Of a stretch of 64,000 bases of DNA, positions 50,429-62,955 are shown piece by piece (position 1 is the first letter of the stretch; each line of letters starts with the position of its first letter). Below the pieces are notes generated by a model, which saw nothing but the letters and a program-made list of their open reading frames with translations, made no database searches and was not told where the DNA came from. Position numbers and translations under genes: made by a program. The stretch lies in the NCBI RefSeq assembly GCF_009914755.1, contig NC_060932.1. The stretch is one strand, 5' to 3'. This DNA comes from the human T2T-CHM13v2.0 reference genome, Homo sapiens.

Positions 50429-52834
50429 TTGGATAGGCTCTGTCAGAGCAGAGGTCTAGGGCTAAAGGCTGTTTTTAGATTCTTTTATCCTACGGGGTGT
50501 TCCTTTGATGTAGTACTCCCCCCCTTTTCCTAGGGATGTGGCTTTCTGTGAGCTGAATTGCAGTGATTGTTGTCTGTTTTCTGGGTCTAGCCACCCAGTG
50601 AGTCTACCTGGCTCTGTGCTGGTACTGGGAGTTGGCTGCACAGAGTCTTGTGATGTGAACCACCTATGGGTCTCTCAGCCATGGATACCAGTGCCTGTTC
50701 TGGTGGAGGTGGCAGGGGAGAGGGGGATGCAATGGACTCCATGAGTGTTCTTAGCTTTGGTGGTTTAATGATCTATTTTTGTGCTGGTTGGCCTCCTGCC
50801 AGGAGGTGGCACTTTCCAGAGAGCATCAGCTGTGGTAGTATGGGTAGGAACTGGCAGTGGGCGGGGCCCTAGAGCACCCAAGATTATATGCCCTTTGTCT
50901 TCTGCTACCAGAGTGGGTAGGGAAGGACCATCAGGTGGGGGCAGAGCTAGGCTTGTCTGAGCTCAGGCTCTCCTTGGGCGGGTCTTGCTGTAGCTGCTGT
51001 GGGGCATGGGGATGAGATTCCCAGGTCACTGGAGTTGTGTACCGAGGAGGATTATGGCTGTCTTGGCTGAGTCATGCAGGTTGTCAGGGAAGTGGGGGAA
51101 AGCTGGCAGTCACAGGCCTTACCCAACTCCCACACAAACTGAAGGGTCAGTCTCACTCCCACTGTGCTGCCCCCACCCTCCCTCCCAACAACCCCCAGTC
51201 TGTTTCCAGGCAGAGAGCTATACGGGCTTGAAAACCTGCCCCCGGCTACCCACCTCCCAGCTGCAAAAGAAAAGGGCTTGGTTCTTCCCCTGCTGTGGAG
51301 TCTGCACACCGGATTTGAGCCCTCCCCCGAGTTCTGGCCAGGAGGCTTCTTAACCCTTCCAAATTATTACAAAGTTCAGCTAGAGATTTCCTTCTCCCTG
51401 TGGAGTTTTACCCCCTGCTCCTTACCCGACGGATCCTGTGGTGCCAGGCAGGAATGGGCTGCTAGGGGACCCAGCGAGCTCCCAGGGCCTTTCTGCTGCT
51501 TTCTCTACCCCTGTATTTCTCTCGGCTTTCCAAATTGATACAGCTGCAGGTAAAGTCGGAAACGTCTCCTGGAAACAGAACTTCGGCTTCTCCATTGGGG
51601 GTGTGTGTTCAGGAAAGGAGGGTCTCCCTTTCCCACTTCCACAGTTGGGGCACTCACAGTATTTGGGGGGTCTCCTGGGTCCTGCAAGAGCAGTCCACTT
51701 CCTTCAGAGGGTCTGTGGATCCTCTCAGGATTGCTGGTTTGTTCTTGCAGTCGATCTGGAGCTGAAATTCATAGTGCAAGCCTCCGCATGCTGCTCTGTC
51801 CGGAGCTGCAATCTAGTCCTGCCTTTTGTCTGCCATGATGATCCTCCTCACAAGAATCTTCTTTTGTATTGAAATTAGATATATTTAAATTTCATTGTGA
51901 AAATTGATAAAAATGAGTATCATTAAAATCAGAGTACGAACCTGGTACCTTGCTATGTGATACCACCCTCACTTCCACAATGTGTCCCCAAGAATCTTTG
52001 TGGATTCAGAAACTGGTGAACACGGTCTGAAAACCATTGTTCTAAGTATGCAAAGCTAGTTTTAAATGATTAAGGTACAAGATGAGAGAGAGACACACTC
52101 ACATTGGGTAGAACAGGCAGACAAAGTTTTGTTTTTCCTGTTTGACATTAACACTTAATCTGCCAGGATACAATTTACTCATTCTGACCCCATGTAAAAA
52201 AAATTGTATATTAAAGAAAAAGTTCTAAAGAACTTTCAAAAAGAGGAGATGTCCATTGAACTCACATCTCTACAGTTGTCAAATGTGGCCACCCATCCAA
52301 GCATCTTACATGGTCTGTGAAAACTAAAGATCCCAAGGTCCTGTACTAAGAGATTATGCTTTAGAAAGTCTAAATTTTAATGTAGCTAGATCTTCATTAA
52401 AAGAGGTTTACCATTGGGACCATCTTTTAGCCCATAACTTTTTGTTGTTCTTAGATTAATAGTGTAAAAAAATGACCATTTCAACCTGCAAATTATGTTA
52501 TATTATTCTTAACACATTTCTGTGGAAATTGATCAAAAGTATAGTAATCATTACTTGTGGAACAGTTTTTTTGTAAAAAGACCTATTTGGACTTCATGTA
52601 GAATATTGATCTAAAAAACCCCAAACTCGTAACTTTTTAAGCTCTCAACCATAATTCTGTATACATGGTAAACATCTTAGTCTTTATGTTGATTTTTCTG
52701 TCTCCCTTTGACTATGAGACAGGAGAGCTTTGCTCCCCCACGTACATTTATTGTGGTGCTCAAAGTCCTGGGATGTCAACTCAATCATGGTACAGAAATA
52801 TAAAAAGGTCATAATGATATGACCAGATAGTGAC

Positions 52835-53050
52835 CTACTTAAGGTCCTTGCTTAAATGGAATCTTTTCAACGAGATCTTCCCTGATCCTCCCATTAAAAT
52901 TCCAAATTCCTTCTCCCCAAACTGCATATCTGCCCTTCCTGCATTACTTTCCCCCACAGTGTTCATTACCACAAGTACATATTATGCTTATTTACTTTTT
53001 AAATGACTTCCTCGGACATCAAAATATAAGCTGTATGGGAGCAGAGATTG
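52835..53050 (+). mobile_element. L2a 3' fragment
   Basis: aggtccttgcttaaatggaatcttttcaacgagatcttccctgatc...aaatataagctgtatgggagcagagatt. Confidence 0.75.
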
Positions 53051-53759
53051 TTGCTGGAGCTTCCTGAGAAGATCCGCACAATGATGGTTCTCCCATCCTA
53101 TGATTCCGAGATGGAGTTCACATTCTCAGGTAGGAGAGTTCAGAAGGGCTTCTTCATAGCACTGGATGGGAGGTACAAACTGGCTAAAATAAAGACAGAA
53201 CTTTTATTCACCTGGGTCCATCCAAGGAAAACAGACTGCATCTTATGAACAAAGTGACCTAAAATTTGAAGACTTGTCAGTGAGGCCTTAACTCTTGACA
53301 TAGATCTGATCTCTCTGTTGGACTCTTCTCTCTCCAACAGTAACTTCCCCTTGCCTGTTGTCTTGGCAGATTAAACATCCACAATGTTCAGACACATGTG
53401 GTTGTGTCTTCAAAACTTCCCTAGGACCAACAGTTAATTGACCACTTCCTTCTCTTTAGGTGCCAGTATTCTCTGTCACTGATCACCCATGAGGGTGTTC
53501 TCTGATCATGGATTCACACTGCAGAAGCACAGCTTCTTTTACTGGAACAATCCTGTTGTAAAATCCCAGGTTGAACCAGTGCCTTCTTGTCAACCTTCCT
53601 GGATGAAGGTTTCTGAAGAAACTTTTGAAGGGAGATCTTTCTGTTAACCCATTGACAGGGAAGAAACTTACCAGGATGAGAGGCAGGACTGGCTACATAA
53701 ATAACAGCCCGGTAAAAAAATAAATATGTGAGACTTCCATTCAAAATGTAGTAAGGATT

Positions 53760-54115
53760 TCAAGATGACAAGAGCAGAACACTAAAGCACAGGCCACTGC
53801 CCTGCTGGGAGGTAAGTGAAGTGTCAAGGAGAGCTTTCTTGAAGAAGTCATGAGGCCTCGCACAGAAGAGAAGTTTCCAAGGAAGAAGAGACAGAAAGTA
53901 TAAAGACAGAGACATGGAAGAGCAGGTGGTGCAGAGGCTCTGTCAGCCAGTGTATGAGGAGTAGGTCCGAACGTGTGAAACTCTAGCCAGAGGGTAAAGG
54001 GTTTGCAGCAAGGGAGGGACATACCCATTTGCATCTCAGGATTGGGAGTGCGAATGGAGAAGGAACTGGAAGAGTAGAGCCTGGTGAGAAGGAGACGTTG
54101 GACACGCTGAGGCAG
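53760..54115 (-). mobile_element. L2 fragment, host of the MLT insertion
   Basis: gtcaaggagagctttcttgaagaagtca...aaagacagagacatggaagag. Confidence 0.55.
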
Positions 54116-54994
54116 TGTAGGAGGTTGGATAATGGCCCCAAAGATGCCAAATCCCTGAAACCTGTAAATATGACCTTAGACATTAGCGTGCTAGAGTGGC
54201 TGGAACAATGTGCCACACACTGGGGGGCTAAAACAGCAGAAATGTATTGTCTCACAGCTTTGGAGGTTGAAGGTTGACATCAAGGTGTCAGCAGGAAGGA
54301 TCTATTCCTGGTCTCTCTTCTTAGCTTTTAAGTGGCCATCTTCCCCCTATGTCTCTTCACAGCATCTTCCTTCTATGAATGTCTCTATGTGCAAATTTTT
54401 ATAGGGATATAAGTCCTTATAAAAGGGGGAAATTTGCACATAGAGTGGCCCTTGTATTAGAACCACTCTAACGACCTCATTTGAACTTGCTTACCTTCTT
54501 AAAGACCCTGTTTCCAAACAAGGACACATTCTGAGGCATCCAGGGTTAGGACTTCAACATACGAATTTTAGGGGGATGAAATAACAACACACAACACTTT
54601 GTATGGCAAAGACATTGCAGATGTGATTAAATTAAGGATCTCAAGATGGGGGTTATGCTGGATTATCTAGGTAGGAACTAAATGTAATCATAAATGTTCT
54701 TATAAGAAAGAGGCAGAGGGAGGTGGAAACACACGGAAGGGCAGAAGATAATGTGACTGCAGGAGAAATGAGAGTGATGCAGCCACAGGCCAAAGGATGC
54801 CAGAAGCCCTCAGAGGCTGGAAGGAGCACAGTCCTGCTGACACCTGGGTTTTGGCCCAGTGAAGCTAATTTCAGATTTCTGGCCTCCGGGACCCTAACAC
54901 AGGAAATGCTGTTTGTTGCTTTCATAAAACAGTGGGCAGTTTTAAGCCACCAAGTGTGTGGTAATTTGTTACAGTGGCTATAGAAAACCAATAG
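54116..54994 (+). mobile_element. MLT1D solo LTR split by a nested LTR (54116-54178 and 54597-54994)
   Basis: tgtaggaggttggataatggccccaaagatg start; ttgcagatgtgattaaattaaggatctcaagatggg; ggtaatttgttacagtggctatagaaaaccaataga end. Confidence 0.88.
54179..54596 (-). mobile_element. MLT1B/C solo LTR nested in MLT1D
   Basis: aaaacagcagaaatgtattgtctcacag, atcaaggtgtcagcagg, gggttaggacttcaacata. Confidence 0.88.
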
Positions 54995-55280
54995 AAGCAG
55001 GAAAAGCTGATGGATTAAACTAAGCCTATGGCAAACGGAAAGGAATCAAAATCTGTTTAAGGGAGGAAATCACATGGTATGGCTGGCCATGTAACATGGG
55101 AGAAGGAGCAGCTCTCTTGGATGGCTACTCAATTTCCATCTTGAGTGCCTGTTTTTCCTAAATTCAGGGCATGACAGGAAGAGACAATGGTTTGGGGAAT
55201 TCAGTCATGGGTCTAGTTTTAGGGTGATAATGTTTGATTTTCCCATGGTTATTCAAGGTTAGCTGTCTATTTGATCTCAT
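54995..55280 (-). mobile_element. L2 fragment (continuation)
   Basis: ggattaaactaagcctatggcaaacggaaagg...ggggaattcagtcatggg. Confidence 0.45.
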
Positions 55281-55481
55281 GGCCAAAACACTAAAAATGT
55301 AAATGTTAGACTAATTATGGAGCAGCTAATCATGTTATAATATCCTCCTTCCCACATTCTGATCATTATAAAAATTTTGATTTTGGTCAAACTTCTGTGT
55401 TTTTATGAATTTAACACAGTCAGCGTGTGTAAAGCACCAGAGTCAAGAGCTTGACTCTTTGCCTTCAGGATAGGCGAGGGG

Positions 55482-55614
55482 TAAGTTGGCTACGTGTCCT
55501 GCTTTGCCCGGGCAGTGCCAGCTTATGCCTGTTGTCTCAAGGACCCATCAGATATAGGCACCCCCTTTCACTCTGAAAGGAATGGTAGGAGAAATATACT
55601 ATGTGGCCATCTCG
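55482..55614 (-). mobile_element. MER94-like hAT-Blackjack MITE
   Basis: gtcctgctttgcccgggcagtgccagcttatgcctgttgtc...caccccctttcactct...tatgtggccatct. Confidence 0.7.
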
Positions 55615-55741
55615 ACTCCGGGTGGGGGATGGGTTCTTTCTGTCTTGCACTTCTCAGCCTAAGGTACAAATTAAAGTCCTGAACAAGGGACTTGCCCAGT
55701 GAGCTTAACTCATTAACTTGCTTACTTTAATGTAACCTTCA

Positions 55742-56167
<426 letters not shown>

Positions 56168-56744
56168 TTAGTAAGGCTATGGAAAAAAAAGAAAATAGAT
56201 GTTTTTGGAAGCTAGCCAGAATGAGTGCAGGGAAGAATGACTCTGGGCTTTCCTTCTTTTAGGCTAGCTGAAATGCTTTTTCATTTTCTAAATATTTGCC
56301 ATTATCTTGTCAACGTTTGCATCTCCATTTGTGGGCACTCAGTATTCACTTGTGAATGAGCAGACACTGCCTTCCATGTGCTGCATGCTGGAGTTTTCAT
56401 TTCTTGCCACCTGCCACTAGCAGCACACCTGAGTGAACTCAGACTTACTGAGGCTAGAAGATGAAGCACGGACATGGAGGACGTCCCCATGCCATTGCCC
56501 TGTCAGTCAGATGTGACACAGTAGATTATTGAGTGCCTGGGATGTTGCCTTGATTGTCTAACTATGTCCTGGTAGTGAACTTAACAGTCATTTTGCCTGG
56601 GGAGTACTGGTGTGTTCTGGTGCTGGGAGCTTTGTGTTGCATGGTAGGAGCCTTCTTTTCTGAACATCAAGAGTGTGCATTTCGTGCTCCTAACAAATGG
56701 ATTTAAAATAGAAACTTCCTTGTATCACATTGGCCTCGTGTGCT

Positions 56745-56987
56745 AAGTGAACGAAAATGTATTGAATGTCAGACACTACTAGTTATTTCACAGATAATCT
56801 AATGAGTGGAACTTGTAAAATATTACCATTCTATTACACAGATGAAGAAACATGGACTGAAGGGGCTAAGTTCCCAATTCGCAAAGGAAGTTCCCAGTTT
56901 TACAAAGCAGGGGAAAGGCAGAAGCAGGATGAGAATTCAGGTCTTTTAGTCTCCAGAGCCTGTTCTTGTTTCATTTTATCATACTGC
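56745..56987 (-). mobile_element. MIRb
   Basis: acagatgaagaaacatggactga...ggcagaagcaggatgagaattcaggtctt...ctccagagcctgttctt. Confidence 0.75.
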
Positions 56988-59354
56988 AAGGTGAAATGTA
57001 AATACAAACACACCAACTAAATAACAGAACAAATACGCCAACTAAATTACTGGATGATTTTCTACAGCTATCATTTGTACTACCACAGAAGTACGATTCT
57101 ACCCAAATTTGCAGTACACAAGGTTGGTAATGTCAGGCTTCCACCTTTTTAAATGCTAGTCCAGTGGCTAAAATTTCTGTAGAGTTTAGCTGTTACATCT
57201 TCCCTCGGCAAATTCTTGTTCAAGCTTTCATGCTCTCACAGAAGATGAAGATGAAGAAGTTAATCTTTATATTTAAATGGTGCTTTGTATTTAAAGTTAA
57301 ATTGGGGTTTGAGGCCCAGTACAGAATAACACACCATCCTACGGCAATGAGACTTTACTGCTGTATTACAAGCATTATTTCATGTCCTGCTGTTGAAGTC
57401 TGTCCCTTTTCAGAGCTTAAAGCAAGCAATGCAGAGTGCTTTGTCATCCATGATATATGCTAAAATCACAGGTGGGGGCGATGTGAAGAATTTTTATTCT
57501 TACAGTCTTTATGATGTTAATGATTCTCTCGACAAAACCACTTCATTTTATGTAAAATTAGAAATTCATAACCTGTGAAACTCACAAAGGCTTTGCACCA
57601 GCAACCATGGAATATCACCGAAGTAAGTGTGGTCAGTTTTGTTTGTGCTCTTGTAGATAAACAGAAAAAAAAACTTTAAAAATTCTTTGACCCTGCTTTT
57701 TGCTGTTTGAATGGTCATGGTTGAGTGGAAAATCAATGAAGTGCTGTGAGAATTGCACCTCAGTGTTGCCGACAAGCCACACAAAAATCCAACTTTTCAC
57801 AGGAGATGAAGATTGCCTTTGCTTCATTTACTCTCTTAAGACACATTAAAATCAAAGCTATCACCCCATTTGGCCATCTGTCAATGCTCCCTACACAGTA
57901 AGCGGGTAGACTTTGTTCCTGGAACACCAGAATAGGAGGATGTTTTGTTGTTGTAATAAATGGTTTTAGGCTTACGAGACAGAAATAAATCAATGCAATT
58001 TATAAAGTTGGGATAAAAATGTTAGATGCAGTTTTCTAAACTACAGAGAATTATATATGGATGAACTGCAATAAATAAAGCACAGCTTTAGCAGTTTACA
58101 GAAATAAATGATAAAGATGAAATACTTTAATGTATAGCCTTTCATTTGGAATCATTTCTTGCTTTCACAACATGCATACAGCCATCCTTTGCTTATTAAA
58201 TTGCAAATTTCACGTTTGAATATAATATAGTTAATAATGGTTCCCAATTTCCTTCCTAAAGTTCAATTTCCAGTTTTGTTTAGAGTAGACCAAAACCCTG
58301 AAAACCTAGTTTTCGAAGGCTTTTGGACAATTGTTCTCCTGTTTATTAACAATGCACTGCCTTTTAACAATGGCGTGTAGTTTTAGATTGAACATACTGA
58401 ATCCAGTTTGCTGACCCTGAACTCAGTTAGATGTGAGTGCTCGCTCTGCAGGTGCTGATTAATAGAACTTGTGTGGCCAACATCTTCAGAGCTGTTCCAG
58501 GCGACAGAGATGCCCTGGGCCTTGCTGACAAGCTCACAGAGACTTCTGTTCTCATCACTACCAAACTCCAAGTCTACTTCCATGGTTTACCATTTGCAGC
58601 AGATTAAACTCTTGCCTATATTGGTAGATTTCACTAGGCATAATGAGTTTCCAAGGATAAGCCACTGTTTAGTAATCAGTCAGTCACAGATTCTTCTAAA
58701 CGTGGTTTTATGCAGAAATTTGGAATTTAATCTATTGGAAAAAGACAAAAATCAAGAAATCATAAAATGTGTCATATTAGAAAAAAGTAACTGAATGATA
58801 AAAAAATCTAATAAAAGTGGCTTCCTCTCAAAAAGGACACTTTTAATTTTCAAGGCTCAATTTGTTTTGATGGAAATCTCATTTGCTCTAACACTATCAC
58901 TAGGTTCCTGGAACAAGTAAAATAATGATAATAACAATAAAATAATGATCTGTGGAATGCTAGTTACACTGGTTAATAAGGATTTGGGTTTAGGCAATAG
59001 TTTATATCATTACTTTTTATCTTTGAAGAGTCACATGCTCATTTAGATATTAAACGCCCAGAGAAAGGCTATAATAAAAAATGCATTTAACTTTTTCAAA
59101 TCTCTTGTTCCCACATCTACTTGAATGCAGAAACTCTTGTTTGCCTTAATATTTACTTGTATTTTGCAGAACAAATTTTTGCAGAATTCATTTTGGAAAA
59201 TGCAGCCACTGACAACTGGGATAATTTTCTAAAGGAAATCATTACTGCTGTCTTATCACTTTCAAGAATGTCCCTACAATTCATAAAAGTTGGCTTTTTA
59301 CTGCCCTCCCAAGCATTTTCTTTCTTACAACAAAACAAAGTTACAACAAAATAA

Positions 59355-59790
59355 AATGTCTGCCAAAAGTGAATGGAAAGGTAAAACGTGGCATGTGCAT
59401 GGGATAGAATGAGCTTCAGAGCTCAGAAGTGTGAACTAACTTCGTACACTACAGTGTGGAAGTTCTCAAAGATACATTGTTAAGTCAAATAAAGTGTGGG
59501 GAAAAAAGATTTATCACACAGTATTATTTAAACAAAGTATAAAACAAAAATTTTCAGTAATATACACATATATAATTGATATCATATATACTATATGTAT
59601 ATTTTTGATGTAACATATACCTAAATAAAGATATGAAAGTTGGGTTAAAAATACATGCATTAAGTATTATAGACCCGAGTGCCCATAATAAGAGGGGAAT
59701 GAGCTAGTAAGAAAAGAGAATGACGGAAAGTATACAAAAAAAGTAAAGCCAAGTGCAATGCAATGAAATAGAATGAAATAAGAGCCTTCC
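59355..59790 (+). mobile_element. old L1ME-type 3'UTR
   Basis: gaatggaaaggtaaaacgtggcat...tctcaaagatacattgttaagt. Confidence 0.55.
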
Positions 59791-59791
59791 T

Positions 59792-59843
59792 TGGGCCAGT
59801 CATGACAATCTGCCATGATTCAATTCTGGGCACTTAAGGTCCA
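59792..59843 (+). pseudogene. degenerate SNORD112/113-family-like C/D snoRNA sequence
   Basis: tgggccagtcatga...cacttaaggtcca vs family ends TGGACCAATGATGA...CTGAGGTCCA; boxes C and D both mutated; internal deletion. Confidence 0.5.
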
Positions 59844-61214
59844 AAAGACAGAAAGAAAAAGGGTTCCAGGTCATTGTGATGTATTTTATTTTTGTTCCAT
59901 AGTACAAGAAATGCAGGTCCACTTACCTGGTCTGGCTATAGGATTCCTTGTGTCCGTGTCTTCTCTGAAAGACAGTGGCACATTTTGGGGCTATTCAACC
60001 TCTCCATGTGGGAATCAGAGGTGCCAGATGCTCTTGCAGCTTTAGGAATCTTTCTGATTTCGGGTCCAGTACCTGGAAGCTAACCACAGTTAGTCAGAAA
60101 TTCAGGCCCTTTCCCTGAACATGAGTGCACTATAACTGGGAAATCACATGGTTAAGACTCAGACCATTTTCCATCAAGGTCGGCTGCATCTACTAGCCTT
60201 TCCTCTCTAGGACATGCAGTAGGAGCTACAGTTGCTTATTCCTTCTCTTTGACTTTGTACATCTGTGTCTGAACCTCTCAAACCCTATTCCCATCCATAT
60301 ACATTTCAATATCTTACATCTATATCTATCTATATAACTCTTGGAAAAGTGCCTTATATTTAGCAAGTACTCTAAAGGTTAACAATTATTTGTTTGTTGA
60401 CTTATTATTTAAATCTGCTGCTACACACTCTTTCCTTTGGCAGCTTTGCATGCCAGGATATTAAATGTAGAAAAAGACTTTCCTGCTTATTGTAGAAACA
60501 ACCATTTGTACAGGTGTCTAACTGTGATTGTCTGAGAGGAGCAGCCCAAGAAAATAAAAGTCAAAAATACGAGGCAGTCACATATAATAAAATATCCTAC
60601 ATGGTTCCGACAGCATTGTCTCTAATTTTTGACTCCATTGTTGAGATGGCAACTGAGAAACATTGGTCTTTGTTTTCATTATTTCAAGAATGAATCTCAT
60701 CAAATATTTTCTTCACTCATTTCTTTGCCTAACATTTCCATGCTTGATGAAAAGCACACAGAACTCCTCAGCAATAAAGACCTTGAGCCCCAATACATGC
60801 TCACCTTCATTTGCCACAGGAGGAATGGCATGTTTCCCCACTTACTCTGCTGGAGGCTAAGTACAGAGGCTCTATACAACTTTTCTCAACACACTTATTT
60901 TTCTTCTCAGTTATACTGATCCCATTGAATCATCCGACACTCCCTTGTGTCTAAGTGTTTGCCTTTAATCCTCTGCTAGTTAATTATTTGCAACCATTGT
61001 GAAATGCTGTAACAGAATGGGGGCATATTTCTCTTTCTTATGTAATTTTTTGTTCAGAAGTTAATTTAACAGGCTTTAATATTGCCATATGACAACAAGA
61101 AATCAATCAATTTTCCTGGGATTCTTTCACCCAGAAATACTTTTTCTTTCTTAAGTTATTGAAGGCCCCGTAAGGGTCAATATAACTGAAAATAAAAGGT
61201 TGTGATGCTAATAG

Positions 61215-61516
<302 letters not shown>

Positions 61517-61697
61517 TGACTAAGGGTCTCTCTATTTTGGACTCCTGTTATGTGAACTTCTGGGCAAGCAGGATTTACTATGGGTATTTCTTGACATAAA
61601 GTCAGAAATATTCAAAATGCTCAGAGAAGACCCTTGACCCTGTCTGATTACCAGATTGTTTTCCTATTGATTTTTATCAGATGTAATTTGAAGGGAA

Positions 61698-61877
61698 GTC
61701 TTTCTCTTTTTTTTTTTTTCGCTTAAGACAGAGTGTCTCTCTGTCACCCAGGGTGGAGTACAATGGCATAATTATAGCTCACTTTAGCCTCAAACTCCTG
61801 GGCTCAAGTGATCCTCCCATCTCAGCCTCCCAAGTAGTTGCATAGTCCCAACTACTTGGGACTGCAGGTGTGCCCGG
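61698..61877 (-). mobile_element. Alu monomer (FRAM or AluJ right arm) with internal inverted duplication
   Basis: single arm between a perfect 11-bp TSD tttgaagggaa (61687-61697, 61878-61888). Confidence 0.9.
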
Positions 61878-62609
61878 TTTGAAGGGAAAAAATGTGTCTG
61901 TGTGTGCCGCATCTAAATATTCACCATAATTCTTGACATTTTACTATTTTACTTTCATTTGTTGAGGTCCTACGTGTTTTTTTCTCCTCCAAGATTGCCA
62001 CAGCCGAGCCTGGCTGCCCCAGCTGTGAGTGATTAAAATCTACTTCCCCAGATGCAATGTGGCCCAGGAATCATCAATATCTGAGTCTGACAGTCTATAG
62101 GGCTCCTTCCCCCATAGCAGGTACCTTCTGCAAATTCTTACTGCTCATTGTCAGTGTGATCAGGGACCCCATGAGTGCTTGACTGTCCAGGTCCCTGGTG
62201 CTGAATTTGTCCTCTGACTAGCATGTTGAATAGTGTTGAATCTCCTTTCTTTTGGGGATTCCTAATTCCTCAGAGATTTGAACCCTACCTTCCATTTGAT
62301 GTTTGATCACTTGGATAGGCTTTACTAGTTTATAATTTTAAACCCACTTGAGTCTAAAAACTATTACCCACTTTGTCTTTGGCCACATCCTTTCCATTCA
62401 CTGATATACTGGTATCAACCCTACTTAGGCTGAAATTAACTCACTCTCTTGGTGTCTTTTGTCCTAGTTAGTTCTCTAGCCCTTTAGTATTAATCTTAGC
62501 TTGTTTGCATTACCTATCTTATTTCCAAGGATGTGCTAGTTTGGACACTAAGATTTTATGTCTTTATATACAGTACATATAGAATATGTACTAATATATA
62601 CATATTCTT

Positions 62610-62955
<346 letters not shown>

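Larger units (their letters stand above)
47913..51848 (-). mobile_element. L1PB (L1PBa-type 5' end): 5'UTR, ORF1, ORF2 N-terminal part; 3' part missing
   Basis: 5' end atcatggcagacaaaaggcaggactagattgcagctcc on the - strand; GC-rich 5'UTR about 50430-51848; L1PB-type ORF1 N-terminus. Confidence 0.93.

Noticed and set aside
51006-51872. Cluster of + strand ORFs up to 144 aa, possible L1 ORF0
   Set aside because: Antisense to a GC-rich L1PB 5'UTR; ORF0 is described for younger L1PA 5'UTRs and these peptides do not resemble it
57468-57481. CTCF-like acaggtgggggcga
   Set aside because: Only about 10/14 match to the core, with mismatches at informative positions
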